Positions 25,527 to 37,309 of a DNA stretch of 64,000 nucleotides are shown here, piece after piece. Within the stretch, counting starts at the first letter, position 1; the number at the start of each line of letters is the position of its first letter. The position numbers and the translations under genes are program-made. The stretch comes from Squalus acanthias (taxonomy: Eukaryota), in the NCBI GenBank assembly GCA_030390025.1, contig CM059432.1, positions 99,326,001-99,390,000 of the forward strand, given 5' to 3'. A model generated the notes under the pieces. The model worked only from the letters and a program-made list of their open reading frames with translations. It was not told where the DNA came from and made no database searches.

Positions 25527-27304
25527 ACATAGAAACATAGAAGATAGGAGCAGGAGTAGGCCATTCGGCCCCTCGAGCCTGTTCTGCCATTTAATGAGAT
25601 CATGGTTGATCATCCAAATTCAGTACCCTGTCCCTGCTTTCTCCCCATATCCCTTGATCCCTTTAGCCTTAAGAAATATATCTAACTCCTTCTTGAATAT
25701 ATTTAATGAATTGGCCTCAACTGCCTTCTGTGGTAGAAAATTCCACAGGTTCACCACTCTCTGGGTGAAGAAATTCCTCCTCATCTCAGTCCTAAATGGC
25801 TCACCCTTTATCCTTAGACTGTGACCCCTGGTTCTGGACTCCCCCGCCATCGGGAACATCCTTCCTGCATCTAGTCTGTCTAGTCCTGTTAGAATTTTAT
25901 AAGTTTCAATGAGATCCCCTCTCATTCTTCTAAACTCTAGCGAATATAAGCCTAATCGACCCAATCTCTCTTCATATGTCATTCCTGCCAACCCAGGTAT
26001 CAGTCTGGTGAATCTTCGTTGCACTCCCTCCATGGCAAGAACATCCTTCCTCAGATAAGGCGACCAAAACTGCACACAATACTCAAGGTGTGGTCTCACC
26101 AAGGCCCTGTACAACTGCAGCAAGACATCCTTGCTCCTGTACTCAAAGCCTCTCGCTATGAAGGCCAACATACCATTTGCCTTCTTAACCGCCTGCTGCA
26201 CCTGCATGCTTACCTTCAGCGACTGGTGCACAAGGACACCCAGGTCTTGTTGCACTTCCCCTTTTCCCAATCTATTGCCGTTCAGATAATAATCTGTCTT
26301 CCTGTTTATGCCACCAAAGTGGATAACCTCGCATTTATCCACATTATACTGCATCTGCCGTGCATCTGCCCAATCACCCAACCTGTCCAAATCATACTGG
26401 AGTTTCTCTGCATCCTCCTCACAGCACACACACCCACCCAGTTTTGTGTCGTCTGCAAACTTGGAGATATTACATCTAGTTCCCTCGTCTAGATCATTAA
26501 TATATATTGTGAATAGCTGGGGTCCTAGCACCGATCCCTGCGGTACCCCACTAGTCACTGCCTGCCACTCAGAAAAAGACTCGTTTATTCCAACTCTTTG
26601 CTTCCTGTCTGCCAACCAGTTCTCTATCCAAGTCAGTACCTTACCCCCAATCCCATGTGCTTTAACTTTGCACGCTAATCTCTTATGCAGGACCTTATCG
26701 AAAGCCTTCTGAAAGTCCAAATACACCACATCCACTGGTTCTCCCTTATCTATTCTACCAGTTACATCCTCAAAAAATTCCAGTAGATTAGTCAAGCATG
26801 ATTTACCTTTTGTAAATCCATGTTGACTTTGTCCGATCCTGTCACTGTTTTCCAAGTGCTCTGCAATTACATCTTTTATAATGGACTCTAGCATTTTCCC
26901 CACTACCGATGTCAGGCTTACCGATCTATAATTCCCCGTTTTCTCTCTACCACCTTTTTTAAATATTGTGGTTACATTAGCTACCCTCCAATCCATGGGA
27001 ACTGTTTGAGAGTCTATAGAATTTTGGAAGATGACCAGCAATGCATCTACTATTTCTAGGGCCACTTCCTTAAGTGCCCTAGGATGTAGATTATCAGGCC
27101 CTGGGGATTTATCGGCCTTCAATCCCATAAATTTCCCTAAAACCATTTCCCTACAAATACTGATTTCATTCAATTCCTCCCTCTCATTAGACCCTATGTT
27201 CCCCTGACATCTCTGGAAGGTTATTTGTGTCCTCCTTTGTGAAGACAGAACCAAAGTATGTATTTAATTGGTCAGCCATTTCTTTGTTCCCCATTATAAA
27301 TTCT
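25527..27304 (-). mobile_element. CR1 LINE, 5'-truncated, apparently young
   Basis: Octamer tail (ACATAGAA)2, the CR1 3' UTR and an uninterrupted RT ORF. Confidence 0.95.
25620..27254 (-). CDS. CR1 ORF2 reverse transcriptase C-terminal portion (open frame; endonuclease domain missing)
   Basis: 544-aa ORF with [39 protein letters not shown] and [11 protein letters not shown]. Confidence 0.85.
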   Translation of the reverse strand: MVLSSQRRTQITFQRCQGNIGSNEREELNEISICREMVLGKFMGLKADKSPGPDNLHPRALKEVALEIVDALLVIFQNSIDSQTVPMDWRVANVTTIFKKGGREKTGNYRSVSLTSVVGKMLESIIKDVIAEHLENSDRIGQSQHGFTKGKSCLTNLLEFFEDVTGRIDKGEPVDVVYLDFQKAFDKVLHKRLACKVKAHGIGGKVLTWIENWLADRKQRVGINESFSEWQAVTSGVPQGSVLGPQLFTIYINDLDEGTRCNISKFADDTKLGGCVCCEEDAEKLQYDLDRLGDWADARQMQYNVDKCEVIHFGGINRKTDYYLNGNRLGKGEVQQDLGVLVHQSLKVSMQVQQAVKKANGMLAFIARGFEYRSKDVLLQLYRALVRPHLEYCVQFWSPYLRKDVLAMEGVQRRFTRLIPGLAGMTYEERLGRLGLYSLEFRRMRGDLIETYKILTGLDRLDAGRMFPMAGESRTRGHSLRIKGEPFRTEMRRNFFTQRVVNLWNFLPQKAVEANSLNIFKKELDIFLKAKGIKGYGEKAGTGY

Positions 27305-27477
27305 TTGGAAGTTACATTGGTGGAGCAGGAGAAGCTTTGAGGAATTTTACCCCCATAGTTGGCAATTTATTTCTTTTTCTGAATGTGTTACATGCTGTTT
27401 TGTTACACAAAGGTAGGCATCTTTTAGCACGAGATCAATTCACACTGATCAGACCTAAGGCCAAGGAATTGAAATAT

Positions 27478-27965
27478 AAATAGAAAATGCTGGATATACT
27501 CAGCAGGTCAGGCAGCATCTGTGGTGAAACAGAGTTAATGTTTCAGGCCAGTGACCTTTCACCAGAGCTGGGAAATGTTACAGATTTTAAGCAAGTACAG
27601 ACGCAGGGAAAGAGAGTGAGGGGAAGAAAAAACAAAGGCGAAGGTCTATGATAGGTTGGAAGGCAGGAGTGATTACATGAACAGGAAAATCATTACCAGC
27701 ACCTGCTATCCGAATAAATTGGAGCAGTGGTTATGAACTGAAATTATTGAACTCGATGTTAAGTCCGGAAGACTGTAAAGTGCCTAATCAAAAGATGAGG
27801 TGTTGTTCCTCGAGCTTCCATCGAACATAATTGGAACAGTGTAGGAGGCCGAGGACAGAGAGGTCACAGTGGGATTAGGATGGAGAATTAAAATGACAAG
27901 CGACCAGAAGCTGAGGGTCTCGATTACGGACTGAACGGTGGTGTTCAGCAAAGAGATCAGCCAAA
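27478..27965 (-). mobile_element. Penelope-like element 3' fragment (GIY-YIG C-terminus plus terminal repeat)
   Basis: Minus-strand translation VACHFNSP..DLSVLGLLHC...KLEEQHLIF*LGTLQSSGLNIEFNNF, followed by the same terminal sequence as 4347-4490. Confidence 0.8.
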
Positions 27966-28000
27966 ACGAGCACCCGCAGTATTTTACCTTTACCAAGGGA

Positions 28001-31000
28001 TTTTTTTTAAATTCGTTCCTGAGATGTGGGCGTTACTGGTAAGGCTGGCATTTATTGCCCATCCCTAATTGCCCTTGAGAAGGTGGTGGTAAGCTGCCTT
28101 CTTGAACCGCTGCAGTCCGTGTGGTGAAGGTACTCCCATAGCACTGTTATGGAGGGATTGCCAGGATTTTGAACTAGCGATGATGAAAGAACGGCGATAT
28201 ATTTCCAAGTCAGGATGGTGTGTGACTTGGAGGGGAACTTGCAGGTGATGGTGTTTCCATGCACCTGCTGCCCTTGTCCTTCTAGACTTGTCACTCCTGA
28301 CTTGTGCCTTGTAGATGGTGGAAAGGCTTTGAGGAGTCAGGAGGTGAGACATTCACCGCAGAATACCCAGCCTCTGACCTGCTCTTGTGACCACATTATT
28401 TATGTGGCTGGTCCAGTTAAGTTTCTGGTCAATGGTGACCCCCAGGATATTGATTGGGGGGGATTCGACGATGGTAATGCCGTTGAATGTCAAGGGGCGG
28501 TGGTTAGACTCTCGCTTGTTGGCAATAGTCATTGCCTGGCACTTGTGTGGCGTGAATGTTACTTGCCAATTATCAGCCCAAGCCTGAATGTCAGCCAAGT
28601 CTTGCTGCTTGCGAGCATGGACTGCTTCATTATCTGAGGAGTCACGAGTGGAACTGAACACTGTACAATCATCAGCGGACATCCCAACTTCTGACCTTAT
28701 GATGGAGGGAAGGTCATTGATGAAGCAGCTGAAGATGGTTGGGCCTAGGACACTGCCCTGAGGAACTCCTGCAGCGATGTCCTGGGAATTAGATGATTGA
28801 CCTCCAAAACCACAACCATCTTCCTTTGTGCTAGGTATGACTTCAGCCAGTGAAGAGTTTTCCCCCTGATTCCCATTGACTTCAATTTTACTAGGGCTTC
28901 TTGATGCCACACTCGGTCAAATGCTGCCTTGATATCAAGGGCAGTCACTCTCACCTCACCTCTGGAATTCAGCTCCTTTGTCCATGTTTGGACCAAGGCT
29001 GTAATGAGGTCTGGAGCTGAGTGGTTCTGCCAGAACCCAAACTGGGCATCAGTGAGCAGGTTATTGGTGAGTAAGTGCCGCTTGATAGCACTGTCAACGA
29101 CACCTTCCATCACTTTGCTGATGATTGAGAGTCGACTGATGGGGTGGTAATTGGCCAGATTGGATTTGTCCTGCTTTTTGTGGACAGGACATACCTGGGC
29201 AGTTTTCCACATTGTCGGGTAGATGCCAGTATTGTAGCTGTACTGGAACAGCTTGGCCAGAGGCGTGGATAGTTCTGGAGCACAAGTCTTCAACACGATA
29301 GCCGGGATGTTGTCGGGGCCCATAGCCTTTGCTGTGTCCAGTGCGCTCAGCAGCTGCTTGGTATCACGTGGAGTGAATCGAATTGGCTGAATACTGGCTT
29401 CTGTGATGGTGGGGATCTCAGGAGGAGGCCAATATGGATCATCCACTCGGCACTTCTGGCTGAAGATGGTTGCAAACACTTCAGCCTTGTCTTTTGCACT
29501 CACATGCTGGGCTCCACCATCATTGAGAATGGGGATATTCATGGAGTCTCTTCCTCCCGTTAGTTGTTTAATGGTCCACCACCATTCACGACTGGATGTG
29601 ACAGGACTGCAGAGCTTTGATCTGATCCGTTGATTGTGGGATTGCTTAGCTTTGTCTATAGCATACTGCTTCCGCTGTTTAGCATGCATGTAGTCCTGTG
29701 TTGCATTTCCCCAGGCTTGGCACCTCATTTTTAGGTACGCCTGGTGCTGCTCCAGGCATGCTCTTCTGCACTCCTCATTGAACCAGGGTTGGTCCCCTGG
29801 CTTGATGTTAATTGTAGAGTGAGGGATATGCCAGGTCATGAGGTTGCAGATTGTGGTGGAATACAATTCTGCTGCTGCTGATGGCCCACAGCGCCTCATG
29901 GATGCCCAGTTTTGAGCTGCTAGATCTGTTCTGAATCTAACCCAATTAGCATGGTGGTAGTGCCACACAACACGATGGAGGGTGTCCTCAGTGTAAATAC
30001 AGGACTTCGTCTCCACAAGAACTGGGCTGTGGTCACTACTACAAATGCTGTCATGACAGATGCATCTGCGACAGGTAGATTGGTGAGGACGTGGTCAAGT
30101 AGGTTTTTCCCTCACGTTGGTTCTCTCACCACCTGCCGCAGGCCCAGTCTGGCAGCTATATCCTTCAGGACTCGGCTAGCTCGGTCAGTAGTGGTGCTAC
30201 CAAGCCACATTGAAGTCCCCCACCCAGAGTACATTCTGTGCCCTTGCTACCCTCAGTGCTTATTCCAAGTGGTGTTCAACTTGGAGGAGTACTGATTTAT
30301 CAGCTGAGGGAGGGCAGTAAGTGGTAATCAGTAGGAGTTTTCCTTGCCCATGCTTGACCTGACGCCATACGACTTCATGGGGTCCACAGTCAATGTTGAA
30401 GACTCCCAGGCCCATTCCCTCCTGACTGTATACCACTGTGCCACCATCTCTGGTGGTTCTGTCCTGCCGGTGGGACAGGACATAAGCAGGGATTGTAATG
30501 GAGGAGTCTGGGACATCGGCTGAAAGGTACAATTCTGTGAGTATGACTGTCAGTCTTGATTAGTCTGTGGGACAGCTCTCCCAATTTTGGCACAAGTTCC
30601 CAGATGTTAGTGAGGAGGACTTTGCAGGCCGTTGTCATATCTGAAGCCGGTGCCGAGGTCGATGCCAGGTGGTCTGTCCTGTTTTATTCTTATTATTGCT
30701 TTTCGTAGAGGTTTGTTACAACTCTGTGCCTTGCTAGGCTATTTCAGAGGGCAGTTAAGAGTCAACCACATTGCTGTGGGTCTGGAGTCATATATAGGAC
30801 AGCAGATTTCCTTCTCTAAAGGACATTAGTGAACCAGATGGGCTTTTACAACAATCCGGTAGTTTCATGGTCACCATTACTGATACTAGCTTTTTATTCC
30901 AGATTTGTTTAATTAAGTGATTTTAAATTCCCCAGCTGCTGTGGTGGGATTTAAACTCACGTCTCTGGATCATTAGTCCAGGCCTTTGGATTTACTAGTC

Positions 31001-31030
31001 CAGTAACATAACCACTATGCTACCATTCCC
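28001..31030 (-). mobile_element. Zenon-like CR1-group LINE, near full length, single EN-RT ORF (disrupted), tRNA-like 5' head
   Basis: EN motifs (NIWELVPKLGEL, DRTTRDGG) and RT motifs ([28 protein letters not shown]); A-rich tail; ~230-bp deletion near 28288 relative to copy 2. Confidence 0.9.
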
Positions 31031-32627
31031 TTTAATTGAGTTGGACATCCATTTAAGAATGCTGTAACAGCAATTTTATAATCAGATGCTTAGAGATATA
31101 ATTCTGGGGTGACTAGGTCAAAAATTATTTCCACTCGTTAATGGGAAGCATGTGACCTCCATTTGACTTTTCCACAAAAGCGTGGCTGACATCAGAACTC
31201 AGAAAGGTTGATAATGTGAAGAAAACTGCTGCGCTCCGAGCAACAGAGACCCATATTCTTGGGCATAAAGGCTCGATACCTACTCCTCCCCCGTTGCGAT
31301 CAGCAGAGGGAAATGCAGTTGGAAAGTATCTACTGGAGTTTGGAAACATCTACCACACTGGGAGCCTGTGCACTCCCTATGGGCAAAACTCATGCTGGCA
31401 TCATCCTTGTAAATCTTCCCTGTACCCTCTCCAGTGCCTCAATATCCTTTTTATAATATGACGACCAGAACAGTTTCAGTACTCCAAGTGTGGTCTAACC
31501 AAGGTTTGATACAAGTTGTAGCATAACTTCTCTACTTTTCAATTCTTTCCCTCTAGAAATAAACCCTAGTGCTTGGTTTGCTTTGTTTATTGCTTTATTA
31601 ACCTCTGTCGCTACTTTTAGTGATTTATGTATTTGTACTCCGTGATCTCTTTGCTCCCCAACCCAATTAGATTCTTATTTTTCAAGTAATATGTGGCCTC
31701 CTTATTTTTCTTTCCAAAATGTAATACCTCACAGTTATCTATGCTGAAATTCATTTGCCTATTTTATGTACATTCTGCAAGTTTATTAATGTCTTCTTGT
31801 AATTTGTTGCAGTCCTCCTCAGTATTGACAAACTCCCCCAATTTGGTGTCATCCACAAATTTAGAAATTGTGTTTTTGATTACAAAGTCTAAATCATTAT
31901 TATAAATTGTGAACAACAGTGGTCCAAGCACTGATCCTTGTGGAGCACCACTACCCACCTTCTGCCATTGTGAATAGCTACCCTTTACCCCTACTCTCTG
32001 GTTTCTGTCTTGCAGCCAGCTAGCTATCCATTCTGCTACTTGGCCCCTGACTCCGCATTCTCTGACTATACTCAATTGTATATTATGTGGTACCTGATCA
32101 AAGGCCTTTTGGAAATCTAGATATATTGAGGGAAAAATTCAATACCTTAGAACCTCCCATTTGCACCATCTGCTGGCATTAACGGGGCGCGAGAACATTA
32201 TCGCTGGGGCGGGGCCAATCCAATGCCACACGTCAAATCCCGCCAGCCCCCGCAGCGTCGCCGCTAACAGTTATCGCCAGGAGCCTCAACGCCAGGTTCA
32301 TGATGTCAGTGAGTGTGCAACACTCATTGACTGCTCAATCTGCAAAATTGATTGTCGCCACCTACCTTAGCACCTAGAGTAAACAGCGACAGGGAGAGCT
32401 GGCGTGAAACACCAGGAAGCCGGCTCCAGGGACGGTATTTAAAGGGATCGTCAGTAATGAGTCACAGCTATAGGTTAGTGGAGTTTCAGTGCTTTCTTGT
32501 CAGTTTCACATAGTCCAACAGTCTCATTCCATAATTTCAAGGTTATTTAGCATCAGGAGTGTTGTGGCACTAAAAAGTAGCTACATTTATTATTAAAGGA
32601 ATCAAACTGTTACATTTGGTTACATTT

Positions 32628-33700
32628 ATGGACGCTGTACTGGCAGTCAACCTTGCCCTCCAGGATCTATGGCAGAGGCAGCGATAAAGACTGGAAAATA
32701 TGCCCAGAGGGAGGAGGAGGGCCATCAGGGCACTCAGCAGGAGGCCTTACCCTCCGAGGGTATTTCGAGACCACTTCTCATACCTCCAATTAAGCGAGGA
32801 GCAGTATATTAGAAGGCTCCGCTTCACCAAGGAGGTGGTCATAGAACCCTGCCACCTCCTGCAACCAGACCTCCAGCCAGGATAGCAGGCTTCCTCATGG
32901 CACAGGGCGCCATTGACTGCACCCATGTGACTTTGCGGGCACCGCATAACAATCTTGAGGTCTTCCATAACCACAAAGGCTACCACTCACTTAATGTCCA
33001 GTTGGTGTGTGACCACAGACAGCGAATCCTCAATGTCAATGCCCGCTATCCTGTTAGCAGCCACAATGTCTTCATCCTGTGCCAGAATGGTGTGCCAACA
33101 ATCTTCCAGCCACCACGTAAAGCTCGCGGCTGGCTGGTCAGAGACAAGGGCTATCCGGTCTCCACCTGGCTCATGACTCCCCTCCGCAACCCCAACAAAT
33201 CTGCCCAGCACTCATATAATGAGAGCCATGCTGCCACCAGGAACATCATAGAGCAGACCATCGGTCCGCTGAAGCAATGGTTCCGCTGCCTCGACCACTC
33301 GGGAGGAGCCCTCCAGTACTCGGTTGAGCGGGTGTCACATTTCGTGATGGTCTGCTGCATGCTCCACAACTTGGCCATCATGAGGGCCCAGCCCTTGCCA
33401 CCAGGGATTGCAGCACCACCTCAAGAGGAGGAAGAGGGAGAGGAGAAGGAGGACGAGAAAGAAGAGGAAGATGAGGAGGACAAAGAGGAGGAGGAAGAAC
33501 AGGAGCGAGGGAGGAGTCAGCCACTCAATCGGCCTTCCGGAAGGGTGGTCCATGACCGCTTCATCAGACTACAGTTCGAATTAATTAAGCCCCATATCCC
33601 CGTTGCTCACCACATCCCCATCATTTCATGCCTGTCACAGGCCATATCACAGCGCAAAGCTGAAATGAGACACACCACAAAAGAATCTAAAATGAATTAA
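32628..33700 (+). pseudogene. HARBI1-like transposase with an internal deletion
   Basis: RRPYPPRVFR...LQPDLQP is joined at ~32877 directly to IAGF..QGAIDCTH; ORF 32897-33700 holds the remaining DDE-domain motifs. Confidence 0.88.
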
Positions 33701-33744
33701 TAAATTTATCAAAAATCAGTGAACACATATTTACAACAAAAATA

Positions 33745-35840
33745 TTAACTATTCACCCTTGTGCAAACCCTTACAGTGTCTTTGCCTACTCCAGTGTTCC
33801 TATGAAGTTTTGGCCCAGTGACTGCAGCAGGGTTGGTGGAAGGCTGCTTAGAGTCTGTGCGGGAGACTTCAGATGGCCTTGCTGGATGCCCTCGACCAGC
33901 TCTGGGCCTGGATGGCCTGGCTATAGACTGCACCACCTCAGTATCAGCGGCAACCGTCTGGGCTGGCTGGATGACAGGCAGCAACAAGGGCAATGGCGGA
34001 GTGTCAGTGCTGGGAGCAGGAATGCTGTCATCCTGCGAGAGGACAGAAGGTTCCTGCTCCACTGACCCACTGCCACTCCCCGGGGGAAGCACCTTAGCAT
34101 CCCTAGCAATCTGTTGGAGGACAGGTTGCTGGCCTGCTGCGACACCATGAAAGCCCCGGTCGACGGTGGTAGGCCCAGCCACGCTGGCAGCAGTCAGAGC
34201 TTGCATGGCATCAAGCTGAGACTGCATGAGAGCAGTCTGAGATGGGATGCCACCAAGCATCGACTGCATTACAGCACTAAGACATTGCATCGCTTCCGCC
34301 TGTGCTACAATGGAAGCTTCCAGATTGCCCATCACACGCAGCATCAGGTCTGGGTCACCAAGGTCTCTCTGGGAGTCGATCATCCTTTGCAGACTGGAAA
34401 TGATGGGCTCCATGGTGTGCACAGAGCTCTGTGCAATGTTGGAGGCAGACTCCTCCATGCTCCTTACCATTGCCAAGAGGCTCTCAAGCACACTTGTCAT
34501 TGCACCTGTCGTTTCCGTGTGCATGCCCATCACCCTTCTTCTAAACGCCTCCCCATCGAGGTCCTCATCTGAGTCCTGTGCAGCAGAACTCACACGCAAA
34601 CTCGCCCTCCGGGGAGCTGGCCCCCAAGCTACCCTTTTCCCCTGGCCTTGCTGCAGCCCGCTCATCCCCCTGTGCAGATCCCGTTACTATACTAGCCTCT
34701 AAAGAGCACGTAGTGCCAGTATCTGAGCTGGTGTCTGCGGGTGAGACATGTAGTGATGCGGTGTGTTCTTCCTCCTCTTCTCCCGTCTCGCTCTCTACGG
34801 TGCCCTCATGGACAGGCTGCTCAGGTGCTTGCAGATTATCTGAAAGCATAAAGGCACGAGAGTCGGGTTAAGGTGAGGGGAGGGGGGCAGGAAGGGAGAA
34901 ATGCATGCATACAGCATGATTAGCTGGAAAGTGTGAAACGCTTGTGGGGTGAGGGGGAAGTGGAATGTGAGAAGAAGGAGTTGGGATGAACATACTGTTG
35001 TTGTCCCCAAGGGGATCAACGTCACCGGTGACCACAGCGCCCACCACCTGGCCGGCCATTAATCTGCAGCACTCTATAGGGCTAGAAATTTGGTATCGCC
35101 CCGGATGGGGCGCTAAATTTTAAAAAGTTGGAGAATTAGCGCCAGGCGCTAATCCTTCTGACCTCCCGCTAAATTGATTGTTAACGCTCCAAGAAAGAAC
35201 TGGAGCGCTAAATCAAGCACTAATCACCTAACTTAGGGTGCTACACAGAGAGCGAGGCGCTACCCGCAGAGCGATAACCAATTTCAGGTGCACTCCAATC
35301 GGGACTCATCATTCACACTGGCTCCTTCCAGTTCTTAAAGGAGAGTTTCATTCATTCAGCACAACATCATTCTCAACATTACTGGCTCTGAAGGCGACCT
35401 ACAAGCAATTCACCAGCTACACCTCTTATCCTCATGGCTGATCCCAGTCCCAGGGAGAGAGCTCGCCACATCAGCGACCAGGCATTGGTCACAGCAGTCA
35501 AAAGAAGGAGGGCAGTGCTGTTCCTGGCCACTGGCAGGAGGCCATTGCCCCAGGTCTTCAGGGCAATGTGGAGCGAAGTGGCACAGGGCGTCTCTCACCC
35601 TGATCATCCAAGTGAGGTTGTTAAGTTTCTTCTTGCACTGTATGTGGCTCCTGAGGACCACAGTGCTGCCCGAGTCGTGCTGCGCTACCTCCCTCCACCT
35701 GGTGCGGAAGACCTGCGACGAGGGCCTCCTGCCACTTGCCGGGTAGAGCACCGCCCTTCATCTCTCTATAGCGAACACCAATGCCTCCAAAGCTTGATTG
35801 CAGAATCTGCAGGCTCTCTCCCTGGGCATGGATCTGCCAT
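33745..35840 (-). pseudogene. Harbinger Myb/SANT-like gene (exon 1 35840-35599, partial exon 2 35078-34996, exon 3 34839-33745)
   Basis: WREVAQH...HIQCKKKLNNLTWMIR followed by donor GTGAGA; ORF 33745-34665 is homologous to 10469-11158. Confidence 0.8.
35079..35594 (+). mobile_element. Myb-side end of a second Harbinger inserted in opposite orientation, truncated
   Basis: TIR GGGCTAGAAATTTGGTATCGCC followed by Myb exon 1 from ATG 35434 (MADPSPRERARHISDQALV...WSEVAQ). Confidence 0.8.
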
Positions 35841-36184
35841 GACTACAGCTGCTTCAGTCCTCCCGCTCCTTCTCCTTGACCTGCTGTTGCTTGCTGAAGC
35901 AACTGCACAGCCAGCAATGCTGAGAATGTGGTTCTGCAACATCAATGAACCCCCTTTAAGTACTGAATAAAGCCTGTGGCAATCATGACTTGCGATTCAA
36001 CTGCACCTGATATTGGTCCACCCTTTGAGTGTAACACCAATGAGCTTGGGCTTAAAGACATGAATTAGAACTCCAATCATTTATTTGAGCAGTGAGTATG
36101 CATTTTGCATGCAGTCTAAAGTATTAGTGCCTGGCACTAATTCTTCAACCTTTCTAATGATACAGCCCATTCCTGGCCTATAAT

Positions 36185-36687
36185 GCCATTCATAAGTCTC
36201 ACAGCATGGCTGAGAGACTTATGAATCTTACACCCCCCCAAAATAACAGCTAAACCTCAATTAAATTTAAAAAAAAACCCATCACATTAATAAAATAAGT
36301 ATAGTTAATTAAATTAACCATTTTAAATAAAAAATTAAATTTTTGAAAAAATTTAAAATCTTTTAAAAAGTTATAAAAATAAACTTACCTGTCTTTAAAG
36401 TCTATAAAAAAGATATACCTGTAAAAAAAAATTCAAAAAAATACTTAATTCACTACTTACCTTCTTAAAAGCGGGTCTTACTCCTACTTTTTACATTTCC
36501 AAAATCTTCAGTACTTACCTGCGCGTCCAAAGCATGAAGTGCACAGCGTGCGCGCAGCCTGTAGCGCGCACGCGATGCACTCCGGCCCCGCCCCCTTTTC
36601 GGAAGAGCAATTGCCGGTTTTCAGCGCATGCGCAGGGCATGCAGAAAACCGGCAATTGGAGTGGGAATACGCGAGAGTATGCAGTGA
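36185..36687. mobile_element. Truncated MITE, inverted copy of 58898-59640
   Basis: High reverse-complement identity with ~58930-59430. Confidence 0.85.
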
Positions 36688-36811
36688 TCTCTAGACCATT
36701 ACATCTCTTACATTGTCCTAGTCTACTCTCTCTGTTACCTCTTCAAAGTATTCAATGAGATTGGTCAAGCAAGACTTTCCCTTTTGAAATCCATGCTGAC
36801 TAGTCATCATT

Positions 36812-37309
36812 GGCATAGAAATTCCATTCCCTATGGGTGGGTACACGCTGTGTACTCACCCGTAGGGCCAACGGAAGTGGCGGTTTAATGCATGCACTGC
36901 ACATGCGCTGGAAACCGGCACTTCCGTTCTCTGCAGAAAGGGCTTGACTGGGCAAACACCTGCGCCGGATAGGCAGCCCTTACGTTAAAAACTTCCGTTT
37001 TTTAAAATAGTTAATTCATGTAATTTATAGTCATTTTAAAAATGTGATTTAAAAAAAAAAAATATTTGAAGTTTCACTCATGTTTTGGGGCTCATCTCTA
37101 TTCATAGATTTGACAGGTCTTCCTGTCAAATCTATGAATGGAGATTCCCTGCTTTGATTGGCTCCCCATGGCCCACGTGATCCCAGGGATGCTGCAAACT
37201 ACCTGCGCCCCTCAGATACACGTGCCCTGCACACCGGCAGATTGAAGAGGCACAGCAACGGAATTCTGCGCCTCCCGGGAGCCCTCCGGTCCAGGCGCAG
37301 ATTTTGGCC
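36812..37309. mobile_element. Harbinger-like MITE inserted in CR1
   Basis: Interrupts colinear CR1 sequence; TSD ATT; degenerate TIRs GGCATAGAAATT / GATTTTGGCC. Confidence 0.7.

Larger units (their letters stand above)
32128..36178 (+). mobile_element. PIF/Harbinger transposon, copy C (rearranged)
   Basis: Left TIR GAGGGAAAAATTCAATACC; transposase on + and Myb-like gene on -; decayed right subterminal region ~36120-36178. Confidence 0.8.

Noticed and set aside
31125..31461. Short ORFs between the LINE head and the CR1 fragment as a host exon
   Set aside because: No convincing splice-site pair or recognisable protein similarity; the ORF runs into CR1 sequence.
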